A stretch of DNA of 64,000 nt, taken from contig OZ076409.1 of NCBI GenBank assembly GCA_964187785.1, forward strand, positions 61,072,001 through 61,136,000. Direction: 5' to 3'. This document shows, one piece after another, positions 26,550-40,373 of this stretch (positions are counted from its first letter, which is position 1; each line of letters begins with the position of its first letter). This DNA comes from Amphiscolops sp. MND2022. Its lineage: Eukaryota. The translations under genes were made by a program, and so were the position numbers. Below the pieces are notes generated by a model that saw nothing but the letters and a program-made list of their open reading frames with translations, was not told the origin of the DNA and did no database searches.

Positions 26550-26746
26550 CTAACGTGCGAGTTGTACCATCCACACTCCCCAGATGATAGACCAGAACCA
26601 GCCGATGAAGAAGAAGACGACAGTGCACAGCTGTGAGAACCCGATCAGCAGAACATTGGCCATCAGCTGGCCGTGACCTTGAGCGACCTCCTGCTCGTGC
26701 TGCTGTCGCCTGTACACGTGCACACAACCCGCTGCCACTATTGACC
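26550..26746 (-). CDS. STUM: Internal or terminal exon of a STUM (stumble)-like membrane protein
   Basis: Acceptor TTTTAG at 26752-26747, then (G)GG TCA ATA GTG, giving GSIVAAGC...NVLLIGFSQLCTVVFFFIGWFWSIIWGVWMVQLA. This matches the GTIxS...QLxTxxxxxGWxWSIxWGxxMV pattern I recall for STUM proteins. Ends at a possible donor GTTAG (26554) or at stop 26550. Confidence 0.8.
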
Positions 26747-26836
26747 CTAAAAGGTCAGGTACAGGTCCCTAACGCACACAATCAATACATTTAATTTGTT
26801 ATCAAAAACCATGGCCTGAAGGCTATCCAATGCTGC

Positions 26837-29800
26837 TGTGGAGTAAGGTCTAGAGGTCACAGTATTACGTAACCGTCTAAAGTACCTGCTAAAACAATAC
26901 TTAGTCTGAACGATTTAACTGTATTAGTATACCATATGATTTGAGACAATACAGTATTACCCTTCTTATCTTTTATCGAACATTGAGATTACAACATGGC
27001 GCAGTAAGCAATGACTTCAAACAATTCAAAAACCGTTACGAACGAAGCAACGGGACCAAATTCTTCGAGCGAAGAATCTGAAAGAAGAGGAAGAAATAAA
27101 CCTCACCAAAAGATCACCTTACCAATCTTCGAAAAGAAAACCATCCAGGAAGCGAAACTATGGTGGCGAAGATTCATACAATATGTCAAGATGACACAAG
27201 ACATAGACCTGACAAACATGACGACAGACAAGGAGATAATACCCGAATTCCGCGAAGAATTAGAAGTGAAAATTAAAGATATTTTCATTTGGGCGCTAGG
27301 CGAAGCAGCAGTGACCGAAATGACAAAAACGGTCAGAGACAACGACCCAAATAAAATGAACATTAACCAACTGTACAGCCTATTCAGACTTCACTTTATC
27401 CCGGAGAGAAACAAGTTTCACAGCAGAGCTGATTTCTTCGGTATCACTAGAGAACCGAACGAAACAGCGGAAGATGTCTGGACCAGAATACTACAAACGG
27501 AGAAAAATTGTGAATTCGACAGAGTGACCCCAGCCGAATTAATCGCATCGAAGTTTCTATCACTTATTGGAAGATCAACGGGCGACTATGAACTGAAGAA
27601 AAAGATCCGGAAGAGTGACATGACAATCGAAACGATAACGGATCTGATACATGAATATATGTACGACCGGCTGAATGATTCTAACAATTCGAATGACGGA
27701 AGAGATATAAAACATGTACAAGAACGGCCACAAAAAAGAAAGTGGACAGAAAGACCCGTTTACGAAAGAAACAAAAGAAGACCGGACTATCACAAAGAAC
27801 GATACAAAGACAACCGATGCGGACAATGCGGAGCACCAAACTGGACTAGACAACATATTTGTCCCGCAAAATCGGTGGAGTGTAGAAACTGCAAGAAAAG
27901 GGGCCACTATGAGAAGATGTGCCGCATTCCCAGAAGAATACAACATTTGGAGAAAACAACATCATCAGCGGAAGAAGACAACTGGGACTACGACAAAATA
28001 CAGAAGATAAATAACAACAAAAAGAAAGTCGAATACATTTACGTAACTCTATTGGTTAACAACGCACCAATAAAAATCATCATTGACAGTGGCTCACCGG
28101 TAACATTGATACCTCAAAGTTTATTCCACGAGATAACAAGAGTGGAGAAAATGAACACCGATTACAAAGATGTAAATGACAACAAGATCGAATTTGTTGG
28201 ACAAACAAACGCAACGGTGAAGACAAACAAAACAACACTACAACTGCCACTACTAATTACAAGAGCAAATATAACACCGTTAATGGGATTAGACTGGATG
28301 AAACGGCTGGAAATAACAATCAACTCAAACACCAAAGCAATCAAAATACACAACATAAAAATGGACGACAACGAAAAACGAATACTGAGACTAAAAAACG
28401 AGTTCAAAGATCTGTTCTACAACAACACGGAGATAAAAGACACGGTAGTCAAAATCAACCTAAAAGAAAACGCAAACATAATACAACAAAAAGGGAGACC
28501 AATACCAATCCACTTACAAGATCAGGTCGCCGAAGAATTGAAGAGACTAATAAAGAACGGATACTTAGAAAGAGCAACAGAATTTACTGAAGATTGCTTC
28601 GTAAGTCCGGCGGTAATAACAGTAAAGAAATATAAATCGATAAAAATTGCACTGGACTCAAGAAAACTAAACGAAGCGACAATCAAACGAAAGGCACAAA
28701 TGCCAAATATGGAAGAGTTGATATCGAGAATATCACGAAAAATATCTGAAGAAACAGAAGGCGAAATAACAATAACAAAACTGGATTTCGACTATGCTTA
28801 CGGACAACTAAAACTAGACGACCAAACAAGAAACTAATGTATATTCACAGTTACGGGCGGAGAAGTCAGGGGATACTACCGTTTCCTAAAGGGATTTTAT
28901 GGACTGGCAGACATTCCAACAATTTTTCAGGATCGGACAGACAAAACACTCGATTTCAATCACCCCGCTTGGCTAGACGACATCATAATCGTAACCAAAG
29001 GAAGTATCGAACAGCATGAAATGGAAGTAAAAGAAGCGATGAAAAAACTAGAAACGGCAGGATATAGACTAAACCCGAAGAAATGTGAACTTTTCAAAAA
29101 AGAAGCAGAATGGATTGGACACAAAATAGAAATACCAAAAAACGAAAAAGAACTAAAATCCTTCTTGGGAGCAATACACTATCTGTCAAAGTATATCGAA
29201 AACCTTTCAGCACAAACAGATATACTAAGAAAACTACTGAAGAAACAAAACAAATGGATATGGACCGACGAACACACAAAAGCCTTCAACAACCTAAAAA
29301 AACTAATAACGCAACTACCATGCCTAGCACACTATAACCCGAAGAGCGAAAATATCCTTACAACAGACGCCAGTACTAAAGGATTGGGAGCTACACTATG
29401 GCAAAAACAAAAAGACGGAAATTTAAAACCGATTGGATTTGCCAGCCGATTTTTATCGGACACTGAAAAGAAGTACGCGATAAACGAACTGGAGCTTCTC
29501 GCAGTAGTCTGGGGACTGGAGCATTTTCGATTATATATCTATGGTAAACCGATTGAATTATTGACAGACCATCAAGCGCTAGAACCATTAATAAACAGAA
29601 ACCGATCAAACAAAACATATAGCGCAAGGTTAACAAGATGGCTGGACAGACTGGCACACTTTGATATTCAAATAAAACACGTAGCAGGAAAGCACCTAAA
29701 TTTAACTGACTACTTAAGTAGAAATCCAATATCAAAGCCAGAACCAATTGAAAATTACGATGAAACACGTAATTAATTGCATAATCCCTTTACTGGAATT

Positions 29801-32703
29801 TATAAATACGCATGGCAGCATCACCGATGAGAAAGAACGCACAGCACGAACGGATCAAAAGAAGTCAAACCAAACGAACAGCCAATCAAATTCAAGACAC
29901 GTGCAGAAGCTACAAACGAACGACAGCAAACATCAACACCGCAGTTCGTTGCTATCACAACAAAATTCAGTTCGCACTTACCAACTCAAAGACAATTACA
30001 GCCAAAGCAAAGAAATGGATTTGAAAACAATCGAATTGATAGAAAAACAAGACCCTTCAGCAGAAACTTTAAAACTAACAACCAGATGGAAGGAAATTAC
30101 GAAACCCGGAGATAATCGTTACACACAGGGGCAATGGAAGAAGTACAATCCCCCAAGAACATTAAAAGCCGAGCAGAAAAAGATAGAAATCGAACTCTGG
30201 CAAAGAAAAAACAAACTTCTCTGGCAAAGAATGGAGGGAATAGTAAACACCGAATCTCCCGACGAAATTGAACGAAGAAAAGAGTTCCACAGAGCAATCT
30301 ACAAAATAAGGAACTGGCAGCCCAACGAAACCGGTCAGGGAACGAGCTGTCAACAAACGGAAGAAACACGAACAGGAGTAGAAATACCGGACATCGAAGA
30401 CACCGAAACAATGTAGTCCGGTTCGGAAAACACCATTGCCGTACCGGCAATAAACTTCAAACGCTACCTGGGAGCAACCGGTGTTAGATATATAAACATG
30501 GGAAAAGCAAGCAAAATCCAACAAAACAACGAGTGGGACCTGGAAGACACTGTTCGCCAAGTAGAACAAAAATTTGCAACAGATTTAAAAACAATCGCAG
30601 GCGAAACGACGAACGACGAGAAACTGTTAAAAACTTTTGTTTGCATAGAGAGAAAAACACTCGAACAAATGCCGGAAGAATATAAAGAGTACAAAAATCA
30701 TTTGTCGACAAGATTTCGAGTCGTCTTCTACGACAACAAAATAATCATCCCACAAGCCCTGAGAAGAACAATCATTACACTATTACACAAAGGACACCCG
30801 GCGATCAACAAGATGTCCGCAGCCGCAAAACCGTTTTGGTGGCCAAAACTGACGAAAGAAATACAAAACAAGTGCGATGAATGTATACCATGCAAAATGG
30901 CAGGTAAGTCCATCAAACCACAAATACCAATGTCAGAAATTAACTATCTACCACCGGCCGATAAACCGAATCAAGAAATCCAATTGGATTTCATCGGACC
31001 AATAAGATTTAAGCAGCGGAGATTTTATATACTAATCTCAATCGACCGGCATAGTAGATGGCCGGCGGCATGCATATGCGAAGCACCCACTGGGAAAACC
31101 GCAAAAACCTTCCTAGAACAATACATCCTACTAAATGGTATACCACAAACCATTAGAACGGATAAAGGCACGGCCTTTACCGGAAATGAATTCAGAACAG
31201 TATGCAAAAAGCTGAATATAAAACTAATTTATGGTACACCATATATTCATACGGCAACCGGACTAGTAGAAAGAGGCATAAAAACGCTGACAGATTTGAT
31301 GAAAACAAACCTGGAAGATAAATGTACGGTAAGCGAAGCCTTAAGCCGATCATTATTGGTAATGCGTACAACGGTCCATTCAACAATAAAAGAAACACCG
31401 TTCGAAAGACATTACGGAAGAAAGCCAAGAACGGAAATAATAAGCTACTTAAATTTACCAACGGACATATATGAATTTGTTTCAGCACGACCGGAAACAC
31501 TCCAGGTGTATTCATTCAACAATGTTGATGGCGAATACGGCCAATTGATAATGAAGGCCCCACGAAAATTGAAATGTGACGTTAGTAACAAATTCCCCTA
31601 CAAATTCTTAGAGAAAAAGAAACAAATATAAAAACAAATTTGAAAGTAACTACGAAACAAAACCACAAACAGCTGTAGCGGGAACAAAACATACAATAAC
31701 CACGGATACGAACAAAATAATACATCGAAAACTAATTAGTAAACCACTGCCTAATTCATTTCAGAATCCCCATTGACGGAGGGGAGAAAATAGAAGAGGA
31801 CCAGACGGTAAATTCGCAATACAAAAATCACCACCGACCGAAGAAGATACAGAAGACGAACTGGAGGAATCAGAAGAACAAAACCCAAGCACGCCAAACA
31901 CGTCAATAGACACGATAGAGGACAGCTTTGAATTCGCAGCACCATTACAGATAGGACGAGGAAGAGCCAAAAGACAAGACAAGAAGACAAAAATACCAGG
32001 AGAAGGAAACCTAAAAATGCATGTGGAGAACATGAATGTAGAACAATTGCAGCAGGCAATGGAGACAATAGAGGAAAACCCGGACAACATAACAATAGTC
32101 GACAACAACGGTAATAATGAAAATTACAACATGAAAACTGAAATAATAGAACCAATAAACAATAATAATAATAACGATAACAACGTACAAGTCCGACGAT
32201 CAAATCAAAAACACTAATCCAATAATAAGATTAGGAAATCCAATTACATTCTAATATTTGCAGGAAACACCGTTGAGAAGATAAACAAGAGACAACCGGA
32301 AAAACCCACGGAAGAAAAAGAATAACGGAGAGAAGAGATAGAAGAGAAAAGATTCGGAGGAAAAGCGAAGCATCAACGATCACCACCGGCTGTAACGAAA
32401 ACAACTTTCAAAACACCAGTGCTAGATGCTATTTAAGTTCATATTATTCATTTGTTAATCGAGTCTACGTACACGTATAGATGTACCAAATGTAAACATG
32501 TAACTACTTTTTTGTTCTTATATTTGTTACCCAGAAGGGGGGGAATGTGGAGAAAGGTTCAGAGGTCACAGTATTACGTAACCGTCTAAAGTACCTGCCA
32601 AAACAATACTTAGTCTGAACGATTTAACTGTATTAGTATACCATATGATTTGAGACAATACAGTATACCCTTTTATCTTTTATCGAACATTGAGATTACA
32701 ACA
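26837..32703 (+). mobile_element. Complete Ty3/Gypsy (Mag-like) LTR retrotransposon, inactivated
   Basis: LTRs 26837-26996 and 32546-32703 (TG...CA; by eye 4 substitutions + 2 indels), TSD GCTGC, PBS TGGCGCAG at 26997, PPT AGAAGGGGGGGAA at 32533-32545. Confidence 0.97.
27011..32217 (+). pseudogene. gag-pol: gag-pol polyprotein broken by several frameshifts and stops
   Basis: Two Cys/His knuckles (CGQC...HIC, CRNCKKRGHYEKMC), protease IIDSGS, RT, RNase H TTDAS/ELELLA/TDH, integrase HKGH..CDEC..C / QLDF / TDKG / VERG. Frame breaks near 28835, 29765 and 31625; stop at 30414. Confidence 0.93.
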
Positions 32704-33473
32704 GCTGCGGAAATAGGGTATCAACGAGGTGCGAAAAATTTTGTAAAAGTTGTTGATATTTTACTGAAAGGGTGTCGCTTCGGGTTTTTATATTTTTTAA
32801 CAAAAGAAATTGCGTTTTTTTAGCCGGAAGAGTTCTCTTTCCGATATTTTTGACCGTTATCGAACTTCTTAGAGAAAGTCTTCTCTCCTTTCAGTTTGTG
32901 ATGTTTTCAGTCAAGAAAAAAATTAGGGAGATATTGCCCCTTTCTGGTTTTATTCGATGAAATAACGTTTTTGCTAAATTATATTAGGCCTTGCGGGGAC
33001 AATGTCAGAGGAGTGGTTCACGGCACCTCATAAAAGGCGGAATGAAATATACTAGAGACCGAAACTGAACTTGAGCCATATTGAACTCAGGCCGTTTTTC
33101 AGACCGAAACCTGTATTAGCAATAAATTACCGTCTCGTGATGATTATTTGAAAAGGCTTCCAGTAACAAGATAGATAGCATTGAGAACAGAATTATTCAA
33201 TTCAACAATTTTTATAATCTTTTATCCTTCTTAAAACTAGTTAGAATCGTAGAATACAACAGCCTTTTCAAAAATTCTCATACTTCTTAGATCATGAGTT
33301 CTCAGACCTGAAACACTTTTTTGAAAAAAAACTGATCATTTTTCGTGGTAAAACATTAAAACATTTGAAGCCAGAAGGTTTGTTATGTTTAACAAAGACT
33401 ATATAAAACTTGAGAAAAAATTGCAGTTTCATTGCGAGTTTTATAGTTCTTCAGTAACTTTGGTTCGTATGCT

Positions 33474-33673
33474 NNNNNNNNNNNNNNNNNNNNNNNNNNN
33501 NNNNNNNNNNNNNNNNNNNNNNNNNNNNNNNNNNNNNNNNNNNNNNNNNNNNNNNNNNNNNNNNNNNNNNNNNNNNNNNNNNNNNNNNNNNNNNNNNNNN
33601 NNNNNNNNNNNNNNNNNNNNNNNNNNNNNNNNNNNNNNNNNNNNNNNNNNNNNNNNNNNNNNNNNNNNNNNNN
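33474..33673. other. Assembly gap, 200 N
   Basis: Run of N. Confidence 1.
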
Positions 33674-34829
33674 ATAAATGCTCATGCTGATCGTTATAAG
33701 ATAAAATGATTATGCTGTCATAAACTGCTAGAACCAGAAACATGAGTCTTTCGCTTAAAGATCCTTGTTTGGTACTTGAAGCCCGTGTGCCTCATCTTGT
33801 AGCTGTGTCGTCTGCCACTTTGATGTGTTATTTGATTTAATTTCACTGTTATTAGTTGTATTTTCTAGTTAGGGAGCTGTTTTTTGCACTTTTAGACGTC
33901 ATTCCCATGTTACCCTGGAAATTGAAAGTTACCTTATCTTCGGCATTGGTTTTACGTGCAAATTAAAAGGTGGTATTTAAAGGGTCAGGAAGATGCACGT
34001 TACTGTTAGCGATCAAAAAACTAGGACCGATTGGACGTTGTTTGTCAACGCACCCACATCCTCGGGACGTGTTTCAAACTTGAAAACAAAATAGATCAGT
34101 GGCGATAGGCGCCTGTTCCGAGCGATACACCCATTTGTGCAGGTTCCTTCACATCTGTTAACGCGTTAAGCAACCTACCTATCACTGCTTGCCGTTACAA
34201 TTTATTTCTGGTATAACGTCATAGTTCGGAATGAGCGCATTATTTTGAGCCTCTGCTTGCTTCCTTCCTACGGAGTAAACTGCAATTCCCTACGAATATA
34301 ACGTCAAAAATATGGATAGAATTTGAAAAACATTATAAGTATATATTACTTGAGAAAACATAATTTTGAAACAGCCTTATAGTTCCGAAAAAAGCACAAG
34401 GGACACTTTGGCTTTTCCATGATGCAGTCGGGTGCAAGAAGTCAAAATTACCAAAGAAGGAACACTGAGGCAAAATCAAACAATGTCAGGAAGAAAGTCT
34501 CACAATGCCAAAAAACCAATAAAACAGACCTTGTGAGTTGTCTAGTAATTGAAGCTTCAAAAACTACTCAACTGTGGCACCCTTTGGAACGTTACCAAAA
34601 AATACTTCCTAGTAAGGTAAGGAAGGCTAGAATAATTCTGTAAAAAGTGGACTTTTCAGTGTGAAGATTGTGGTCTGAAGGCAAAAAAACCAAGCGGGGT
34701 ACAGCCAAAGTCGGCACTATATCTACGGCGCTGAAAAAGCGCAAAGATTTCAAAATTTTCAAAAGGGGGCCCTTTTGCTCTTTGAAAATCCAAGTCATTG
34801 CAAAATGTTTAAAAAATTGAAGGAGGGAC

Positions 34830-35462
34830 TATTAGAGTGCTCGAGTAAACTAACTGAATACTGTGGTGCTATTGCTAATTGAAAACAATGATGTATGTAG
34901 TATCGTGAATTCTAGCAACTGTTAATTTTAGAAGACCATGTGGCAAATGATTTGCTGAATTTTGATTTCTACGGTTGTGTTTACAAACAACCTGTTGTTA
35001 AGTGAGGTCACGTTAGGTTAGAGCATGCGGTCTATCACACCCCCCACAATAACATGGAAGTACAACTGGGTATAAGAATGATCCAGTATCTAATTACAAA
35101 CACTTTTACATAGGTGTTTATATATGTATTCTAGTTACACGTCTTCAGTTGAATGTTTGTGTATTGTTTTAAAATGAATGTTCTCCGAGTTTTCTTGTTA
35201 CTCATCTTGCGGGGATCTTGGAGATAGCTGAGAGATTATTATGTTGTGACCGTAGAACTCCGGTTTGTTTCTTGTTCGCTCTCCTCGACGAGATGGTGGT
35301 GCTTGGCCTTCGTTGGGTGTCACTTCTTCTCCTTGCTTTTTTCCTCTGTGGAAGTCCCTGGGTTGTTGTCATTAGTTGGGTAGTTCGCTTCTTCTCATCC
35401 TCAGTTTCGGATAGGATTGTATCCAATTTCTTTAGGATCGCCTTTTCTTTCTTTAGTTTGTT

Positions 35463-35528
<66 letters not shown>

Positions 35529-38500
35529 TCTTGCTCTTTTCTTCAGTTCGATCATCGTTTCATGAGCCGTCTTTCTGGTTTTTCCTGTTTTGTGGTTGGC
35601 TGTCATTTGTTGATTGGCCAATTGTTCCTTTACGTTTTCCGTGGTTTGTTCTGTAATGCCGCTCTGATTTGCCAGTTCGCTTGTTGTACCTGAGTTGTTT
35701 TGATTCGTCAGTTCGCTCTCTAGAGCATCGAACAAGTGTTGCCATTTCGTTCTCTTTGGTCATTGTGCTCTCTGTGTCACTTGTTGGTGGTCGTGTGCTG
35801 CTCTGTATGTTACTCGATTTGGAACAGCATGGCATGCTGTCTGCTTTGTTCCACCAAATATGTCTTTTTGGAATCACTGTGGATTGAGTCCGTCCTCCTA
35901 GAAGGAATGTGATGGTATGGTTGCTATTCTCCAATAGCACTCCTTTTCGCTTCTTGTTGTGTCCTTCCAACTTGGTCCCCTTTGCTCTCTCCCGGACCTT
36001 CATTGCCGAATCTTGGCCAGACTAGAAGTTTTCGTTGTTGAAATTGACTTCTTGATTTTCTGAAATAAATTGTTGTTTGTTAGTGACTATTCTTTTCATT
36101 GTATTTGGTTCTTGGTCCGTATAGCCTTCCTTCGAATGTTGATTTTCGCGTGACTGGTGGATCCATCCCTAGTGCGAAAGGTCTTTCTTACAAGCCCATT
36201 TTGTCCTTAGTTACTAATATCTTCTTTTTTGTCCATAGTCTCTCGTTTATAGCTCGGATGAGTCTTTCTATTTCCCGTTTCCTCTGTGGTCCCGAATTGG
36301 ACATTCTACGTTCCTCAAAAACTATTTTTTTACAGAATTCCCTAAATTTTTGGCTTCTCAATAATGTGGCGGGATCTGTTGTTTTTACCGTTGGACTGTC
36401 GTGTGATATATTTTTGTAAGAACTCAATTACCTTCTCAGTATTTGGATTTCGGAAATATTTTGCTTCCGGCCAGCCACTGTAAAGGTCTGTTAATACTAG
36501 TAAATCATTACAAGCTCCTACTGCGTTTTGAGTGGGTCCCGCGAAGTTTATGGCTATTTGTTGGTTATTTTTTGCACTCTGGTAGTTTCCCTATTTGATT
36601 TTGACGTGATAGAGGTTTAATGTTCTTGCTCGTTGTTTTGCACTCTTGATAGGTCTGCGCATTTCCTACCACTTCTCTGTGGAGTCTCGGTTACATCCAT
36701 TTGCCACCGTTGGAAACATCTTTCGGGACTCGGGTGTCCGTAATGCAGGGTTCGTAAAATAATCGGGCGCAATAATTTTGGAATGACGAATCTTACGTCC
36801 ATATATTTAAAAAATCGTTGGAGTGGAGGTTAAAACAACGTAACTTTTCTCGCCATGGGACAGGTAGTCGACTGATTTTTGCCGCTTCTGGTTTTTTCAC
36901 TAGCGCAATGACCTTTTGTAAGAAGTCTGCTTCAAATTGGGCTGCGAAAAAGTAATTTCTAGATTTTGGAGGAATTCTATATAGATGATGGGATAGCAAA
37001 TTGGCGTTTTTAAGAGCGATTATACTGCGAGGTCAATTGTGCTATTATAGCACGTATCGGAATCTGATTGGCTATTCATGCTTCTCTTATTCGCTGATTG
37101 ACGTAATTATGTCTTTAATTGTTTGTTTCTCTTGTTTACATAATTTTTTGCTTTCACCGCCGTCCTCTCGTTCGCTCTTTCCAATCACTTCTTTCTCATT
37201 GGCTATCTGCGTTCTGATTGGTTGTTCTTTCTTTTTTGCCGTTTCGCTCTCGTTTGCTAGGCCTCCGCTGATTGGCTGATTCGCTGTTCTCCTTCTGTTT
37301 TGTTTATCTGAAACAGGTTTCTCACTATCAATTTCATCAACAGTAAACCAGTCTTTCAAAATTCAAAAACTCTTTTGTTTTTATTTGGTTGATTATGTCA
37401 CTGGGCGACGGGTGCCTGGACAGATATAGGGCCATCCCGAGAGTTTTTCCAGGTAAGTGTGTTATTGTAAATTGAAAAGGTAGAAGTTTGTCATTCCACC
37501 TTGTTGACCTACTTGAGTATGTTTTATTTGCCCGATTTCCTTTCAAAATTGCTGTTTAGGCCTTGTGATCAGCTATTATCTCAAATGGAATTCAATAGAC
37601 GTAGTTTCTAAAATTTTCTATGGCCAAAACAACTGCTAAGAGTTCTTGTTCGTTATTTGAATATTTTTGTTCAAAAGTTGTTAAAAATAGTGATGCGAAG
37701 TGTTTAGCCACCCAACCTTGTTCACTTCTCTGCTGTAGGACAGCCCTGAGTCCTTCTCTGCTTGCATCGCAGAGTATTTGTACAGGTTGGTTCTTTTCAA
37801 AATGTTTCATCATAGTGGTTTTCTGTATCTCTCGTTTTCTTCTTTGGGATGCATTTTCATGTTCTTCTTCCCATTTCCAGTTGATTTTCTTGCTGAGGAG
37901 TGGGCGTAGTAGGCACACAATTTTACCAAGTTTGGGATAAATCCGTTGATCTGGTTCAGGACCACCATTAAAGATCATAGCTCTTTTACTGTCGTCGGTC
38001 GCAGTCGGTCTGAAAAAGCCTGGATTTTTTCGTTGATTTGTTTCACCCCGCTTTCTGATAATTCAAATCTCAACCAATCAGTTTATGATTGCGCTAATTC
38101 GCATTTTTCTAACTTAGTCGGACTCCGGCGTCGTCTAGTGATTTCATTACTTCCTCTACTTTTTCCAAATGTTGTTGATACGTTCCCCCTGGTACTATCA
38201 GGATATCACCGATGAAGAAATATGTTTTTTGAATTTAATGAAATAGCTTGTCCATAATCTTTTGGAGTTCAGGCGGCAGGATCACGGTTCCGTAGTATTC
38301 CTTGTTGAATGCATATATGTTCCCGTGGCCCGGCTACCGAATATTTGAAAATTGCAATGACGTGCGGTTGTTGGGTGGAGTTCAGTTTGGCAACATGCAT
38401 TCATATGTCTAATGATGTAAATCGGACTTCTCCCTCATTTTCGCTATTGGTTATCTTGACGACTTGTTCCATATGATTATCAAGATTTGGCTTTTGGTAT

Positions 38501-40373
38501 TTTTCCTTCAGGATTGCGTGGTTCAAAGATCTGGCATCTAGAGCAATTTTGACTGATTTGTCCTCCTTGACTGTCACCACCACATGTTGTATGAAAACTT
38601 CATCACTACTTTTCTCGACCTTTCTGATGTGACCTTCCTTTTTTAACTTCTATTTTTTCTTCCAGAGCTTCCTGCAACTGTAAGGGATTTCGTCTTCTTT
38701 TTTGTTGGGTGATGACTGCATCTTTTCGAAACTCGCATTTAATTTTGTATCCCTTACTTTTGCCTTGTCCACTGAACAAATCAGGGACTTTTCGCATTAG
38801 CTGTTTCATTGTTTGTCGTTTAGAATTGAGATTATTAATGTAAGAAAACTCACCAATTCCATTTGCTTCCTCCACTCAGAAATTTATTTAGGTTAGCCAG
38901 TCTCGTCCAATTAGCGAGCGTTTCCCTTCTCTCGAAATCAAAATCCTGGCGTACTTGATTGCCCGTTTCTCCAACTTTACGTTCACATTTGTGAATCCCA
39001 GTAGGTTGAGGGGTTTGTTGTTGTAGTCAACGTATTGTTCATTTGTGGGCATGGGTCTCACAAATATCACATCTACCTTTAGTAGCTCTCTTAAGTCTGC
39101 TTGAGTAACTATAGTGATTGGGGAGCCTGAATCAATCATTGTTGAAAATTTTTGATCATTTATTTTGCCTTTCATTACGAATGGTTGACTATCGTCCGCC
39201 TATGCGTAAGACAATATTGTCTTCATCTTGTTCCGTGTTTTCTTCTGATTGGCTGTATTCGCGCTTAATCAAGTTGATTCGCCGCATTCTTGCTCTTCCC
39301 GCAAACTTGCCCCTTTCCTTGACATTGCCAGTTTCGGGGCGTTCGCACATTCGGGCAAAGTGGCCGATTCTGGCGCAGTTTCTGCATTTCATATTCTTTG
39401 CTTTGCAAACCTCCAGATCGTTTTGTGAGAATTCTAGTCCGCATCTAGTACAATGTGTTTTTCTCTGTTACGGCATACACAGGTTCGCTTTTTTTGTCCC
39501 GTCTTTCACTTTCAAATGTTCGGAGCTGGCTAATCCCTTCTTCATACGCAACCGCGAATCTGAGAGCTTCTTGGGGGTCCTCTTTGGGCTCCGAACACAA
39601 CTTTTGCTGTACCATTTTGTTATTCTTGTTTTGAATAATTGTGTCCATGATTGAGCTTTCAGTTTGTTCATCAAATGCGCATTTTGATGCCAGTCCTGTT
39701 AGTGCGTGCCAAAACTGTCGTAGTGTTTCTTTGGACGTTCGTTCTCTCGAGAAAATTTTATAATGTTCTAACGTCCTGATTCTTGGTTTGACGAATGCTT
39801 GTTCGCAGTTTTCTTTCATCTGCTGTAGTGAAATCGTTGCTACTCTCATCTCTGGAAATTTGTCTGTCGGGGTTTTTCTTGCAACCGACCCCAGTGATGG
39901 AAATAGAACACTTACTATTTTTCTCTCTGCAGCTTGTTCATTCAAATTGTTGATCAGCGCAGCTACTCTCGGTTGTTGCTCTGTCGCTGTTCTGAGAACC
40001 TAAAATACCAAAATTGAATATTTCGCGTTTGCTGCTACAATGAAGAGATCCCACCATTCTTCCCAATCTGTTTTAGGGGCTGCTTCTGTCAAATCCCAAA
40101 AAGATTGCAATCTCGAAACTGCTGACGATCCCCCAGATGTTGTTGCTTCCCCATAAATTGACAAATCTCGCAGCGCTAGAGGGCTCGAGGAGTAAACTAA
40201 CTGAATACTGTGGTGCTATTGCTAATTGAAAACAATGATATATGTAGTATCGCGAATTCTAGCCAACTGTTAAATTTAGGAGACCATGTGGCAAATGATC
40301 TTCTGCTGAATTCTGTTTTCCATGCTTGTGTTTACAAACAACCTGTTTCTAAGTGAGCATGCGCTCTACCACA
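34830..40373 (-). mobile_element. Full-length, heavily decayed Ty3/Gypsy element
   Basis: LTRs 34830-35039 and 40174-40373, TSD GGGAC (34825-34829, 40374-40378), G-run PPT (C run at 35040). Fragments of gag (CRNCARIGHFARMC), protease, RT, RNase H (CDASREGL) and integrase (LHYGHP). Confidence 0.92.
35463..35525 (+). repeat. (TTG)21 microsatellite inside the Gypsy pol tail (poly-Q on the coding strand)
   Basis: Perfect trinucleotide run. Confidence 0.97.

Noticed and set aside
33385..33743. ORFs of ~100 aa
   Set aside because: Artefacts of translating through the N gap.
35218..35693. Poly-Cys, poly-Val and poly-Leu ORFs
   Set aside because: Alternate frames of the (TTG)n microsatellite.
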